Notes: generated by a model from the letters alone, not told the origin. 64,000 bases of DNA from an uncultured Actinomycetes bacterium (GCA_963737445.1 CAVTSO010000019.1:31694-95693); one strand, 5' to 3'; shown: positions 26,088-36,025, numbered from the stretch's first letter. Made by a program: numbers and translations.

Positions 26088-28580
26088 TTGACAGCCTGGG
26101 CTCGGAGGCACGTGCGGGCGCTTGTCGCGTTCGCCCTGTGCACGCCGCTGCTGGCCACAACGGCGGTCGCGGCGACCGCCCCACCTCCGCCCACCGGGCT
26201 GACCGCGGTCTCCCCCACCCGCGTGGCCCCCGCGCTGAGCTGGAACTCGGTGGCCGCCGCAAGCGGCGGATACCGCGTCTACCGGGGCCGCACGCAGATC
26301 GGGTCGACCAAGGTGACCAGCTACGCGGACACGGGCCTCAAGACCAGCGGTACCTACAGCTACACGGTCAAGGCGGTGGGCGCCGGCAACAAGCTCTCCG
26401 CCGCATCGGCGGCCGCCAGCGTCAACTACGACATCCTCGCGCCGAAGGCCGTCGGTGCGATCGCGGCGGCGACGCCGACCGCGACGGCGCCGTCGCTGAC
26501 CTGGGCGGCCGTGACGGATACCGGCGGTTCCGGCGTGCGGCGGTACGAGGTGTTTCGCGACGGCCAGTCGCGCGGCTTCACGGCGACGGCGTCGTTCCTT
26601 GACAGCGGCGCCCCCGACGGGAGCCACTCCTACAGGGTGGTCGCCGAGGATGTTGCCGGCAACCGGGCGGCGCCGTCGGCCGCGAAGGTCGTGGTGGTGG
26701 ACAGCGTGGCGCCGACCACTCCCAACGCGCCGCAGGCGGCGAGCGCCGACACTACCTCCGCACCGGCGCTCAGCTGGTCGCCATCGACCGACGCTGGAAC
26801 CGGCGTCGCGGGCTACCGGGTGCTGCGTGACGGCGCTGTCGTTGCGACCACGACGGCGACCACGTTCACGGACGGCGCGGCGGCCGTCGGCTCGCACGGC
26901 TACGCCATCGTCGCCTTCGACCGGGTCGGCAACGCCGCCACCTCGGCGACCACGGGTGTCGTCTACGATCCCACGCCGCCGGCGACTCCGGGCGGCGTGG
27001 CGATCGCGGGCACCCCGAACGGGCCGCATGTCTCGTGGAACGCCGTCAGCGACGACACGCCGGGGTCGATCAGCTATCGCGTCAGTCGCGATGGCCAGCC
27101 GCTGGTCACGACGCCGGATACCAGCTTCACCGACGCGGCGCCGGGCGACGGCAGCCACTCCTACACCGTGGCCGCGGTCGATCGCTTCGGTCGCCGATCC
27201 GCCGAATCGAGCGCCGTGACGTGGGTGGTCGACACCACCGCGCCGACGACGCCCCTGGGCGTGTTCGCGTTCGCCGCCTCGGGCACGAACACGGTCTCCT
27301 GGGCCGCGTCCAGCGACACCGGCAGCGGGGTCTCCGGCTACCAGGTGCTGCGAGACGGAAACCCGGTGGCGACGGTGACCGGCACCACCTTCAGCGAACA
27401 GGCCGATCCCGGATCGGTCTACCGGGTGGCTGCGATCGACGTCGCAGGCAACACGTCGAACGCGTCGCTGCCGGCGAGGGCGGGCGCTCCCTTCCCGACC
27501 GGCGTCTCGTCCCGCCAGGTGGTCGATCAGAGCGCGCCCGAGAAGACGGCGCATCCTGAGCTTGCGATCGTGTCGGTGATGCTGCGCTGGCAAAAGATCC
27601 AGCCGGATGCCGCCACCTTCGACTGGAGCGGCCTGGACGCATCGCTCGCGGACGCGCGAGACCGGGACTACAAGCTGATCGTGCGCATCATGTGCGGCGC
27701 CGACGCTCCGCCCTGGCTGGCCACCGACCCCGACCACCCCGTGCAGATGCTCGACCTGCTGTCGAACGACCCGTCGAACTCGCGCTGGCCCGGCGAGATA
27801 CACGTGCCGGTGCCTTGGGATCCCAACCTCGGCTGGCACTACGCAAACCTGATGCGGGCGCTCAACGATCACCTCCAGCAGTCGGACGGGGCGGGCGACA
27901 CCTGGGCCGACCACGTGGAGTTCGTGCCGGTGGCGATGCCCTCGATCCTCTCCAGCGAGATGGCGACCGGGTACGGCAGCGGCACGTACACCGGCGTCTA
28001 CAAGGGCGTGTCGGGCACCTACGACCGGGCCACGGTCAACCGCGCGGAGTGGGACGCGCATGCGACCAGCGGCACCACCTCGGCCGACAGGCAGCTCTCC
28101 AACCGCAGCGATCTGGAAGCCGCCTGGCACACGGCGATCGACGTGCAGGAGGCAAACCTGACCGCCGTCCCTTCGGCCATCGCCTACGGCGTCCTGCTGG
28201 CCGACCAGTACGCGGCCGCCCAGCGGATCGCGGCCACCGAGGTACCGCAGTGGGGCGTCCGGCTCTGGTCGATGGTGACGAACCTGCAGCCGAAGGTGCG
28301 TGCCGACGGCTCGCTCGGCCCATTCAGCGAGTGGAGCCCACCGGCGGCGCAGACGATCACGATCGCCCTGCAGCACGGCGGCGTGGTCGGCCTCCAGACC
28401 GCGGGCAACGGCATCATCAGCACCGCCGCGCAGATGCGCGAGGTGATCGCAGACGGCATCACCAACTACAACACCCGCTTCCTGGAGACGACGCCGGAGG
28501 CGGTCGATGCCTTCCCCGACCTGCTCCTGAACGGCCCCAACAACGCCCAGCAGCAGCTGCAGGCGCGGTTCGGCGGCTGA
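26088..28580 (+). CDS. secreted protein with five FN3-like modules followed by a ~365-aa TIM-barrel glycoside-hydrolase-like domain
   Basis: TTG start; signal peptide ..ALCTPLLATTAVAATA; five ~87-aa modules each with P..P..L......P.LSW.......G..GY.V.RDG.......T.F.D......H.Y.V.A.D..GN.S; C-terminal LRWQKIQPDAATFDWSGLDASLADARDRDYKLIVRI resembles the first strands of GH42/GH35-type barrels (tentative). Confidence 0.75.
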   Translation: MTAWARRHVRALVAFALCTPLLATTAVAATAPPPPTGLTAVSPTRVAPALSWNSVAAASGGYRVYRGRTQIGSTKVTSYADTGLKTSGTYSYTVKAVGAGNKLSAASAAASVNYDILAPKAVGAIAAATPTATAPSLTWAAVTDTGGSGVRRYEVFRDGQSRGFTATASFLDSGAPDGSHSYRVVAEDVAGNRAAPSAAKVVVVDSVAPTTPNAPQAASADTTSAPALSWSPSTDAGTGVAGYRVLRDGAVVATTTATTFTDGAAAVGSHGYAIVAFDRVGNAATSATTGVVYDPTPPATPGGVAIAGTPNGPHVSWNAVSDDTPGSISYRVSRDGQPLVTTPDTSFTDAAPGDGSHSYTVAAVDRFGRRSAESSAVTWVVDTTAPTTPLGVFAFAASGTNTVSWAASSDTGSGVSGYQVLRDGNPVATVTGTTFSEQADPGSVYRVAAIDVAGNTSNASLPARAGAPFPTGVSSRQVVDQSAPEKTAHPELAIVSVMLRWQKIQPDAATFDWSGLDASLADARDRDYKLIVRIMCGADAPPWLATDPDHPVQMLDLLSNDPSNSRWPGEIHVPVPWDPNLGWHYANLMRALNDHLQQSDGAGDTWADHVEFVPVAMPSILSSEMATGYGSGTYTGVYKGVSGTYDRATVNRAEWDAHATSGTTSADRQLSNRSDLEAAWHTAIDVQEANLTAVPSAIAYGVLLADQYAAAQRIAATEVPQWGVRLWSMVTNLQPKVRADGSLGPFSEWSPPAAQTITIALQHGGVVGLQTAGNGIISTAAQMREVIADGITNYNTRFLETTPEAVDAFPDLLLNGPNNAQQQLQARFGG
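26172..27480 (+). repeat. five tandem FN3-like coding modules
   Basis: Module starts are recognisable at PPPPTGL, ILAPKAV, SVAPTTP, PTPPATP, TTAPTTP; about 260 bp each, diverged at the DNA level. Confidence 0.6.
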
Positions 28581-28737
28581 TCCGCCGCCGCCGTAGACCC
28601 GGTCATCGGCGACTACTCTGGCGCGCACCGGGAATACTCGACCGTGATCGCGGCCGGCGACATCCACCTGGTGGTGGCCCGGCGGACGACGCTGTACATG
28701 CTGAAGGCGCGGGGGTGAGCTGAGGGCCGCGAGTTGG

Positions 28738-28743
28738 TAGCGT
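28738..28743 (+). promoter_or_regulatory. candidate -10 hexamer TAGCGT (leaderless DUF5996-like gene)
   Basis: TANNNT hexamer 6 nt upstream of ATG 28750. Confidence 0.35.
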
Positions 28744-28749
28744 GCCGGT

Positions 28750-29670
28750 ATGACTTCAGGATGGCAGAGGCTCCCGTTGGCGGACTGGAGCGAGACCCTC
28801 GATACGCTGCACGCCCATTCCCAGGTGCTGGGCAAGCTGGCGGTGGTGCTCGCGCCGCCCGAGCCGCAACTCCAGCATGGGGCGTTGCGCCTCAGCGCGC
28901 GCGGGTTGGAGACGCTGCCCTTGCCGGCGCCCGACGGCTCTGGGGCGCTGGTCGTCGCGCTCGACCTGCACAGCCACCAGGCGGTGGTCGAGCACAGCGA
29001 CGGACGTGACCACCGCCTGGCGCTGACACCCGACCGGCCGGTCGGCGAGGTCACGCGCGAGCTGGTCGAGGCGGTCAGCCACCTGGGTGGCGAGGTCACG
29101 ATCGATCCGACGCCTCAGGAGGTGACGTGGAGCGTGCCGCTGGACGAGGACGACCAGCACCAACATTACGACCCGGCCCAGGTCGCGGCCTACTTCCGGG
29201 CCGCGACCCAGGCGGCACTCGCGCTGGCGGCGTTCCGGGCGCCCTACCGGGGGCGATCGACACCGGTCAACGCGTGGTGGGGCTCGTTCGACCTGGCGGT
29301 GAGCCTGTACTCGGGCCAGGCGGCGCAGCCGCCGGCGGGCGACTTCATCACGCGAAACGCGATGGACGCCCAGGAGGTCGCCGTCGGCTGGTGGCCCGGC
29401 GACGCGCGCTATCCGAAGGCCGCCTTCTACGCGTATGCGCATCCCGCGCCCGACGGATTCGCCGATGCGGCGCTGCGACCTGCGGCCGCCCACTGGGACG
29501 TCGCCCTCGGCGAATACATCCTGGACTGGGACGACGTCTGCGCCAGCTCCGACCCGCATACAGACAGCGTCAATTTCGCTCGCTCAGCGTTCCAGCACGC
29601 ATGCGTCGTCTGCGGGTGGGATCAGTGGCTGGCCGCGAGCACTGAGGGAACGCCGCCGCCGGTGAGCTGA
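28750..29670 (+). CDS. DUF5996-like conserved hypothetical protein
   Basis: 306 aa; N-terminal W.RLPLADWSETLDTLHAHSQVLGKL and later TPVNAWWGSFDL, AFYAYAHP match my recollection of the DUF5996 family. Confidence 0.65.
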   Translation: MTSGWQRLPLADWSETLDTLHAHSQVLGKLAVVLAPPEPQLQHGALRLSARGLETLPLPAPDGSGALVVALDLHSHQAVVEHSDGRDHRLALTPDRPVGEVTRELVEAVSHLGGEVTIDPTPQEVTWSVPLDEDDQHQHYDPAQVAAYFRAATQAALALAAFRAPYRGRSTPVNAWWGSFDLAVSLYSGQAAQPPAGDFITRNAMDAQEVAVGWWPGDARYPKAAFYAYAHPAPDGFADAALRPAAAHWDVALGEYILDWDDVCASSDPHTDSVNFARSAFQHACVVCGWDQWLAASTEGTPPPVS

Positions 29671-30026
29671 GAGTCCGGATAGCTCAGACCCCGGTCGCGA
29701 CCCGGCGATTTGTGCTGCAGAGCACGGCTGAACCTCTTGACGCTCCGCGACTGGAGCGCGAGCATCTCTCGGAGCTGCACTCGGGCGCGACGCGCTTCAT
29801 CTAGAGCAGCCTCCGGATGCTGAAACTTTGAAATGTCGAAAGTCGCTGTATAGGTTTGGGTCGCCGCCGTCATGAACCTGTCGGCCGCCTCGATCATGTT
29901 GCCGCGCATCCACTCTTCGCGCTCGTGACGCCGCTGTGCACGCTGCCCGAAGAGCGACAGCCCACCAGCGACAACCGCGCTGAGAACGCCACTCGCGAGG
30001 ACGGTCTGCCAATCAATGCTCGCCAC
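29622..30026 (-). CDS. hypothetical membrane-anchored helical protein (weak call)
   Basis: GTG 30026: VASIDWQTVLASGVLSAVVAGGLSLFG (TM) then a helical region; lower GC than its surroundings; the 3' end overlaps the convergent gene by 49 nt and the tail looks non-native. Confidence 0.3.
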   Translation of the reverse strand: MASIDWQTVLASGVLSAVVAGGLSLFGQRAQRRHEREEWMRGNMIEAADRFMTAATQTYTATFDISKFQHPEAALDEARRARVQLREMLALQSRSVKRFSRALQHKSPGRDRGLSYPDSQLTGGGVPSVLAASH

Positions 30027-30696
30027 CAGTTCACTTTGGCAGCACCGTCGGACGGGAGCGCCCTCCGGCAACGGCGAATCGGAGACTTCATGCGCCTAGC
30101 CGAGTGTTCTCGATCCACCCAGCGATCCCAGGGAACTCCTATCTCGTAAACCGCTCGGCGATGACGGACGGACTGCGAGGCTGGCCCAGGCCGGAATTTT
30201 CTGCGAAAGCGTCTCCACCAACACCTCCTGCTGCCCGCCCGCGCCGCGATGAGGATGTCTGCCGGAAACGAGCCACCCACGGATGTGACCGAGTGCAACT
30301 CAGAGCGTAGTGTCCGTCCGCCCGAGCGCTGAAGAGGCGGCCAGCGTCGCCGGCGGCGAGGTCGTAGACTCAGCTAGTGATCCTCCGCGAGTCGTGGCGT
30401 TCAGGAGCCTTCCGAAGACCGCCGTCGGGGTGTCAGGGTGTGTCCTGATGGAGATCCAGGATCCGCAGCACGCGAGGACGCGTGATGGGCTTACTTCGCT
30501 TCCAGGTGGTGGGTGACGGCTCGGCCCGCACCGATGCCCCGCCGAGGCACTCGGCGCGAGGATGGTCGGCGTGGGCCCGACAACGCTCGGTGGAAAGGGA
30601 GATGACGACGGCGATCAAGGAAGCGGCTCCGCGCCCCTTGGCCGCAGACACGCTCGTCGCCGACCGCGGCGGCCGGCGCGACCCGTGGGTCGAGTC

Positions 30697-32595
30697 ATGA
30701 GCGCCGACACGCCGGATATGGAACGCGAACCGCAGAGTGCCGCGGCGCCTTCGCCGTTCCCGCCGATCGCCGACTACGGGTTCCTCTCCGACTGCCACAC
30801 GGGTGCGCTGGTCGCACCCGACGGGGCGATCGACTGGCTCTGCATACCCTCGTTCGACGCGCCCAGCGTCTTCGGGAGCCTGCTTGACCGCCGAGCCGGC
30901 TTCTTTCGCTTCGCGCCGTTTGGCGTCAACCACCCACCCGCGCGCGCCTATGAGCCGGGAACGAACGTCCTCGTGACGACATGGAGGACGCCCTCCGGAT
31001 GGATCGTCGTTCGCGACGCACTGACGATGGGGCCTCGGGAGCACCCCGACTCGGTCACGCCGCATACGCGGCCACCGGCGGACGATGATGCCGATCATAT
31101 GCTGGTGCGGACGGTCGAGTGCCTCGCCGGTGAGGTCGAGGTCGACCTCGTCTGCGAGCCGGTGTTCGATTACGGACGCACGGCCGCCGAATGGACACTG
31201 GTCGAGGGCGATCTCCACACGGCGGACGCGAGCGGCGCCGGCCAGACCATCCGCCTGGGGTCGGACCTCGCACTCGGGATCGAAGACAATCGCGCACGGG
31301 CCCGGCACGTGCTCGGCCCAGGAGACCGCGCGTACTGCGCCCTCTCCTGGGCCGAAGGGCTTGCCGTCCCCAAGGACGTGGAAGACGCCGACGCGAAGAT
31401 CGCCGCCACCACCCGCTTCTGGCGTGGCTGGCTAGGGCGGGCACGGCTGCCCGACCACCGCTTCAGCCACCTCCTGCAGCGCTCGGCACTGACGATCAAA
31501 GGCCTTACCTACATGCCCACCGGAGCCACGGTGGCGGCGCTCACCACCTCCCTGCCCGAAACGCCGGGCGGCGAGCGCAACTGGGACTACCGCTACACGT
31601 GGATGCGCGACACGACGTTCACGCTGCAGGCGCTGCACTGGATGAATCTCGACTGGGAGGCCGACGAGTTCATGCAGTTCGTCGCCGACGTTGAGCCGAC
31701 CGAAGACGGCTCATTGCAGATCATGTACGGGATCGACGGCCGGCGCGACCTCACCGAGTCGACGCGAGATGATCTCTCAGGATACGCGGGAGCACGACCG
31801 GTGCGGATCGGCAACGGCGCCTTCGACCAGCGCCAAAACGACGTCTACGGCGCCGTGCTCGATTCGATCCTGCTCCACACGCGTCGCAGCAAGCGGCTGC
31901 CTCGCCGGCTCTGGCCTATCGTCGAGTCACAGGCGCAGTGCGCCACCGAGGCTTGGCGCGAGCCCGACCAGGGCATCTGGGAAGCGCGCGGCGCACCGCA
32001 GCACTATGTGTCCTCGAAGCTGATGGGCTGGGTTGCTCTCGACCGCGCCGCGAAGCTCGCCGAGATCCGCGGCGACCCGAAGCTGCAAGCGACCTGGCGC
32101 GACACCGCGGAGGAGATCCGGGCCGACATCCTCGAGCACGGCGTCTCCGAGGAAGGCGTACTCCGCCAGCACTACGCAACCGACGCGTTGGATGCCTCGA
32201 CGCTCCTGGCGCCGCTCTTCGGCTTCCTGCCCCCGACCGACGAGCGGCTCCGAAACACCGTGCTCGCTATCAACGAGGAGCTGACCGAGCACGGATTCGT
32301 TCTTCGCTACCGAACAGACGAGACCGACGATGGCCTCACCGGCAAGGAGGGAACGTTCCTGATCTGCTCTTTCTGGCTGGTCTCCTCATTGGCGATCATC
32401 CGCGAGACCCAGCTCGCCCGCGACCTGATGGAACGCCTGCTGCGGATCGCCTCCCCGCTCGGCCTCTACGCTGAGGAGTACGAGACTCAGAGCGCCCGAC
32501 ACCTCGGCAACTTCCCGCAAGCGTTCTCCCATCTCGCGCTGATCGAGGCAGCCGGGCTAATCATCCTCGGCGAGCGGATCGAAGAGTTCGAATGA
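30697..32595 (+). CDS. glycoside hydrolase family 15 protein (glucoamylase/trehalase-type)
   Basis: 632 aa; IADYGFLSDCHTGALVAPDGAIDWLCIPSFDAPSVFGSLLD, ERNWDYRYTWMRDTTF, WEARG, FLICSFWLV: characteristic GH15 blocks. Confidence 0.9.
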   Translation: MSADTPDMEREPQSAAAPSPFPPIADYGFLSDCHTGALVAPDGAIDWLCIPSFDAPSVFGSLLDRRAGFFRFAPFGVNHPPARAYEPGTNVLVTTWRTPSGWIVVRDALTMGPREHPDSVTPHTRPPADDDADHMLVRTVECLAGEVEVDLVCEPVFDYGRTAAEWTLVEGDLHTADASGAGQTIRLGSDLALGIEDNRARARHVLGPGDRAYCALSWAEGLAVPKDVEDADAKIAATTRFWRGWLGRARLPDHRFSHLLQRSALTIKGLTYMPTGATVAALTTSLPETPGGERNWDYRYTWMRDTTFTLQALHWMNLDWEADEFMQFVADVEPTEDGSLQIMYGIDGRRDLTESTRDDLSGYAGARPVRIGNGAFDQRQNDVYGAVLDSILLHTRRSKRLPRRLWPIVESQAQCATEAWREPDQGIWEARGAPQHYVSSKLMGWVALDRAAKLAEIRGDPKLQATWRDTAEEIRADILEHGVSEEGVLRQHYATDALDASTLLAPLFGFLPPTDERLRNTVLAINEELTEHGFVLRYRTDETDDGLTGKEGTFLICSFWLVSSLAIIRETQLARDLMERLLRIASPLGLYAEEYETQSARHLGNFPQAFSHLALIEAAGLIILGERIEEFE

Positions 32596-32659
32596 GAACC
32601 ACCGTAGGCGACCACGCGACCCGAGTTATTGAGAGGCTGCCACAGTGGCAGCTGCGGCG

Positions 32660-34120
32660 TCACGGTTCGCGTGCGGTCAGTATGCGCCCCGTGGCTATAG
32701 CGTCTAGGAGCGCGGCGTGGTCGCGCTCGTTCTGGTCGGCGTAGGTCTCGGCGAAGGCCGCGATTGCGCGATCGATGACTTCGGAACTGCCTAGGTAGCT
32801 TGCGATCGCAACCGCGTCGCCTGACCGGGCGTGGGCACGGGCCAGCGTGAAGCCGCACAGTCTCGCGTAGAGCGCCATATCGGATGGCTTCATGGCCGCC
32901 ACGTCGGGCGACGTCTTCGAGTCCCATAACTGGCGGACGTACAGGTCGCGCAAGTTGAGATCCTCGAGGCCGCGCGGTTCGCGCAGCCATCCGAGGAAGA
33001 TGTCGCTCGCCGCCTGCATCAGCCGCTGACCCTCGACAACCCGCTGGCCCTGGTTCGAGTATTCGGATCTGCCGGCGAACCGCTCGAGCACGGACCGCGG
33101 CGCTTCCTTCGCCTGTAGGAACAGCGCGTCGCTCGGATTCTGACCGAGCAGCAGAATCACCCAACTGCGCGTCCCGACGCTCCCCACTCCGACTACCTTG
33201 CGGGCGAGATCGGCGTAGTGGTATCGCTCGAGCAGTCGCCGGCGATCGTTGGGAACGCTGGTGAAATAGGAGTCGACCAGCGCGCGGGCCGCAAGCTCGA
33301 GCCGTCGCGCGGCTGGGGGATCGACGAGGTCTGCGATCGGCACGATCAGTGGCGGATCAGATCGGATTCGCGGCTCGCCGGCGTCCGCTACGGCGAGCTT
33401 GGCGAACGCCCGCGAGTGGTCCTTTCGCCTGCCCTTGGCGAGCGTCTTGTCGAACCCCCTGAGTTGACGTGCGCTGGCCTGGGAGCGCAGCACTTCCCGA
33501 ACGTCCGCGACGCTCGCCCGTGCATACCACACATCGAGCGTCCCCATGGTGGCGAACCGGCGCATCGCCTTTCGGTACTCGCGCGTCAGCTCTTGGACGA
33601 TCGCAACCCTCCGACGTGTGCTGAAGCCGTCTTCACGACCGGCGACGGCCACGCTTGTCGCGAGCCGCTTCAGATCCCATTCCCATGGGCCGGGAAGCGT
33701 CTCGTCGAAGTCGACGAGGTCGAATAGCAGCTGCCGCTCGGGGGATGCGAACCCACCGAAGTTCGCCAGGTGGGCGTCGCCGCAGAGCTGCACCCGCATT
33801 CCCGTCTGCGGCGTGACCGCCAGGTCGGCGGCCATCACGTACGCGGCGCCCCGGTAGAAGCTGAAGGGCGAGAGCGACATGCGCCCGTAGCGGATGGGAA
33901 CCAGTTCCGGCACGCGTTGGGCGGCCTGCTCTTCGAGCAGCGCGATCGGGTCCTGCCGGTCGGCCGGAGGCGTCCAGCTGCCGTGACTTGAACGCGGCGT
34001 CTCGGATCGGCAGGCCCGGCCGGATGCAGCCCGGGCGGCTGCTGGCACATCCCGGACTGCGGCTGGCCGAGCCGAAGGGGGCGGAGTTCCTCGGCCCGAT
34101 GTGTGGCGAGGCGCGTCCAT
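32660..34120 (-). CDS. DUF2252 domain-containing protein
   Basis: 486 aa from ATG 34120; PELVPIRYGRMSLSPFSFYRGAA, CGDAHLANFGGF, DFDETLPGPWEWDLKRL; upstream of 34120 the 675-aa ORF is GC-driven read-in. Confidence 0.85.
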   Translation of the reverse strand: MDAPRHTSGRGTPPPSARPAAVRDVPAAARAASGRACRSETPRSSHGSWTPPADRQDPIALLEEQAAQRVPELVPIRYGRMSLSPFSFYRGAAYVMAADLAVTPQTGMRVQLCGDAHLANFGGFASPERQLLFDLVDFDETLPGPWEWDLKRLATSVAVAGREDGFSTRRRVAIVQELTREYRKAMRRFATMGTLDVWYARASVADVREVLRSQASARQLRGFDKTLAKGRRKDHSRAFAKLAVADAGEPRIRSDPPLIVPIADLVDPPAARRLELAARALVDSYFTSVPNDRRRLLERYHYADLARKVVGVGSVGTRSWVILLLGQNPSDALFLQAKEAPRSVLERFAGRSEYSNQGQRVVEGQRLMQAASDIFLGWLREPRGLEDLNLRDLYVRQLWDSKTSPDVAAMKPSDMALYARLCGFTLARAHARSGDAVAIASYLGSSEVIDRAIAAFAETYADQNERDHAALLDAIATGRILTAREP

Positions 34121-34185
34121 GACATGCCTACTCTCGCCCAGTCGGCAACGAACCGCAACGGCGTAGCGGCTCGCAAAGCTTCGGG

Positions 34186-35388
34186 TCAGTCGCGAGTCAG
34201 GTTGACGATCACCGGGCGGCGACCCGTGGTCGTCCAAGCGCTGGTGCCGGCCGGCTCGACGTCGTCGGCGTGGTCCTCGCCGTCGGTCGTGTCCCATTGT
34301 GCGAGGCGCCAGGGTACGATCACCTCCTCGAACACGACCTGCAGCATCGCCGCGAACGGCACTGCGATCAGCGCTCCCTCCCAGCCGAGCAGCGCGGTCC
34401 CGCACAGCACGGCGATGAGGGCCAGCATGGGATCCATGTTCAGCGATTGCCCCTCGGCCCGCGGCCCGATCACGTCCGCTTTCAGCTCCTCGATGGCAGC
34501 CGAGGCGAGGAACGTCAGGCCAAGCGTCTCCCAACCCTGAAACGCCGCGATCGTCAGCAGCGGGATGCGCGCGATCCACACGCCGACCCTCGGTACCAGC
34601 TCGCCGAACGCCACGATCACCGACAGGGGAACCGCGAACGGCACGCCGAGCAGCCGCAGCGCGGCGTACATCAGCACGCCGACGCACACCATGACCACGA
34701 GCTTGGCGCGGAGGTAGCCGCCCAGGCGGATCCAGATCTTGTCCATCACGTCGTGTGCGCGATCGCGCCGGTGCGGCGAAACCATGAGCAGTGCGGCGTC
34801 GAGCACGCGCTCGCGGCGGAGCGCGAGCAGCGTCGAGAGCACATAGACGATCATCAGGTTGAACAGCATCTGCGCGGCGCTGAGCGGCAGGTCGACCAGC
34901 CGGCCGCCCACACCGCTCGCCAGCCGCGCGGCCATGGCCGACACCGACGAGTCGAACGTGCCAGCCTCCGGGTACTGCCGCTTGATGGATACATACTCAT
35001 TGCGGATCCGGTGGAACCTGGTGACGTAGCTCGGTGCGTCGTGCGCGAACAGGTGCAGCTGGCTGACGAATGGCGGCACGACGATCCAGACGAGCGCGAT
35101 CATGACCACCGTCGCGGCCAGTTGGACGATCGCGACCGCGCCGCCGCGCGGCACACCACGGCGTTCCAGTGCGGCGGCCGGCCGAGAGAGCGCAGACGCA
35201 ACGAGAACGGCCAGGAACACGAGGATGAGGACGTGCTCGAGCTGAACGAGGACGCGCAGACCCGCCACGGCGAGCACCGCCAGCATCAATCCCAGTGCGA
35301 TCGGCTTCGCGCGATCGAACGTCGACTCGTCCGCGCCGCGTCTCGCCGCGGCCTCGGGGCTGTTCGGATGTGCGTTGCGATCTGACAT
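34186..35388 (-). CDS. AI-2E family transporter (PerM-like)
   Basis: 400 aa, about 8 TM segments, RBS aggagg; typical ...IPLLTIAAFQG...IGPRAEGQSLNMDP pattern. Confidence 0.85.
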   Translation of the reverse strand: MSDRNAHPNSPEAAARRGADESTFDRAKPIALGLMLAVLAVAGLRVLVQLEHVLILVFLAVLVASALSRPAAALERRGVPRGGAVAIVQLAATVVMIALVWIVVPPFVSQLHLFAHDAPSYVTRFHRIRNEYVSIKRQYPEAGTFDSSVSAMAARLASGVGGRLVDLPLSAAQMLFNLMIVYVLSTLLALRRERVLDAALLMVSPHRRDRAHDVMDKIWIRLGGYLRAKLVVMVCVGVLMYAALRLLGVPFAVPLSVIVAFGELVPRVGVWIARIPLLTIAAFQGWETLGLTFLASAAIEELKADVIGPRAEGQSLNMDPMLALIAVLCGTALLGWEGALIAVPFAAMLQVVFEEVIVPWRLAQWDTTDGEDHADDVEPAGTSAWTTTGRRPVIVNLTRD

Positions 35389-35443
35389 CGTCGGCCTCCT
35401 GTGTGCGGGGGGCCCGCAGCCCCCCGCACATGTCGGGACGGAC

Positions 35444-36013
35444 CTATGCGGTCGCCCCGGTTGGGGTGGTAGACGCGCGCTTCATGATACGAGCCCCGCC
35501 GATCGCCACCACCAGCTCGGTGATGCCCTTGACGAGCGAGAACGCAGCGATCAGGGCGAGCAGGACGAGCGCACCGTCGCCCGGCTTCACGAACATCACG
35601 AGGCCGAACAGGATGGAGACGAGCCCGCTCAAGGACAGCAGCACGGCGTCCCCACCTTCGATTGGAAGCCAGAAGGCGCCTGCCATGGCGATCACGCCGA
35701 CCGCGATCGCGTAGGCAGCGATCACGTACAGCAGCCCGAGAGCGGAGATGCTCGGCCACGCCAGGACGGCCAGCCCGACGCCGATGCCGAGCACGCTCGA
35801 CAGGGCCGTCCATCCGCGTCCCTCCTTGACGCGGGAGGCGTTCACGAGGCCGACGACCCCGCACGACAGCGCGTACGCGCCGAACAGGATGGTGAGCGCG
35901 TACAGGCTGATGCCCGGCCAAGCCAGGATCATCGCGCCGAATGCCACCGACAGGGCGCCGTTGATGCCGATCGTCCAGCGGATTCGCTTGGTTGTATGGG
36001 ATACCAGGTTCAT
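35444..36013 (-). CDS. HdeD/DUF308 family membrane protein
   Basis: 189 aa, six repeated TM hairpins with the G..LI..GI..L..P pattern; RBS aaggagg. Confidence 0.8.
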   Translation of the reverse strand: MNLVSHTTKRIRWTIGINGALSVAFGAMILAWPGISLYALTILFGAYALSCGVVGLVNASRVKEGRGWTALSSVLGIGVGLAVLAWPSISALGLLYVIAAYAIAVGVIAMAGAFWLPIEGGDAVLLSLSGLVSILFGLVMFVKPGDGALVLLALIAAFSLVKGITELVVAIGGARIMKRASTTPTGATA

Positions 36014-36025
36014 GTGTGTCCTCCT

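Noticed and set aside
28578-28580. Selenocysteine or genome-wide TGA reassignment at the in-frame TGA
   Set aside because: Many genes here end at TGA exactly where their families normally end, including the serial GTGA overlaps. No convincing SECIS-like element or redox-enzyme context is present.
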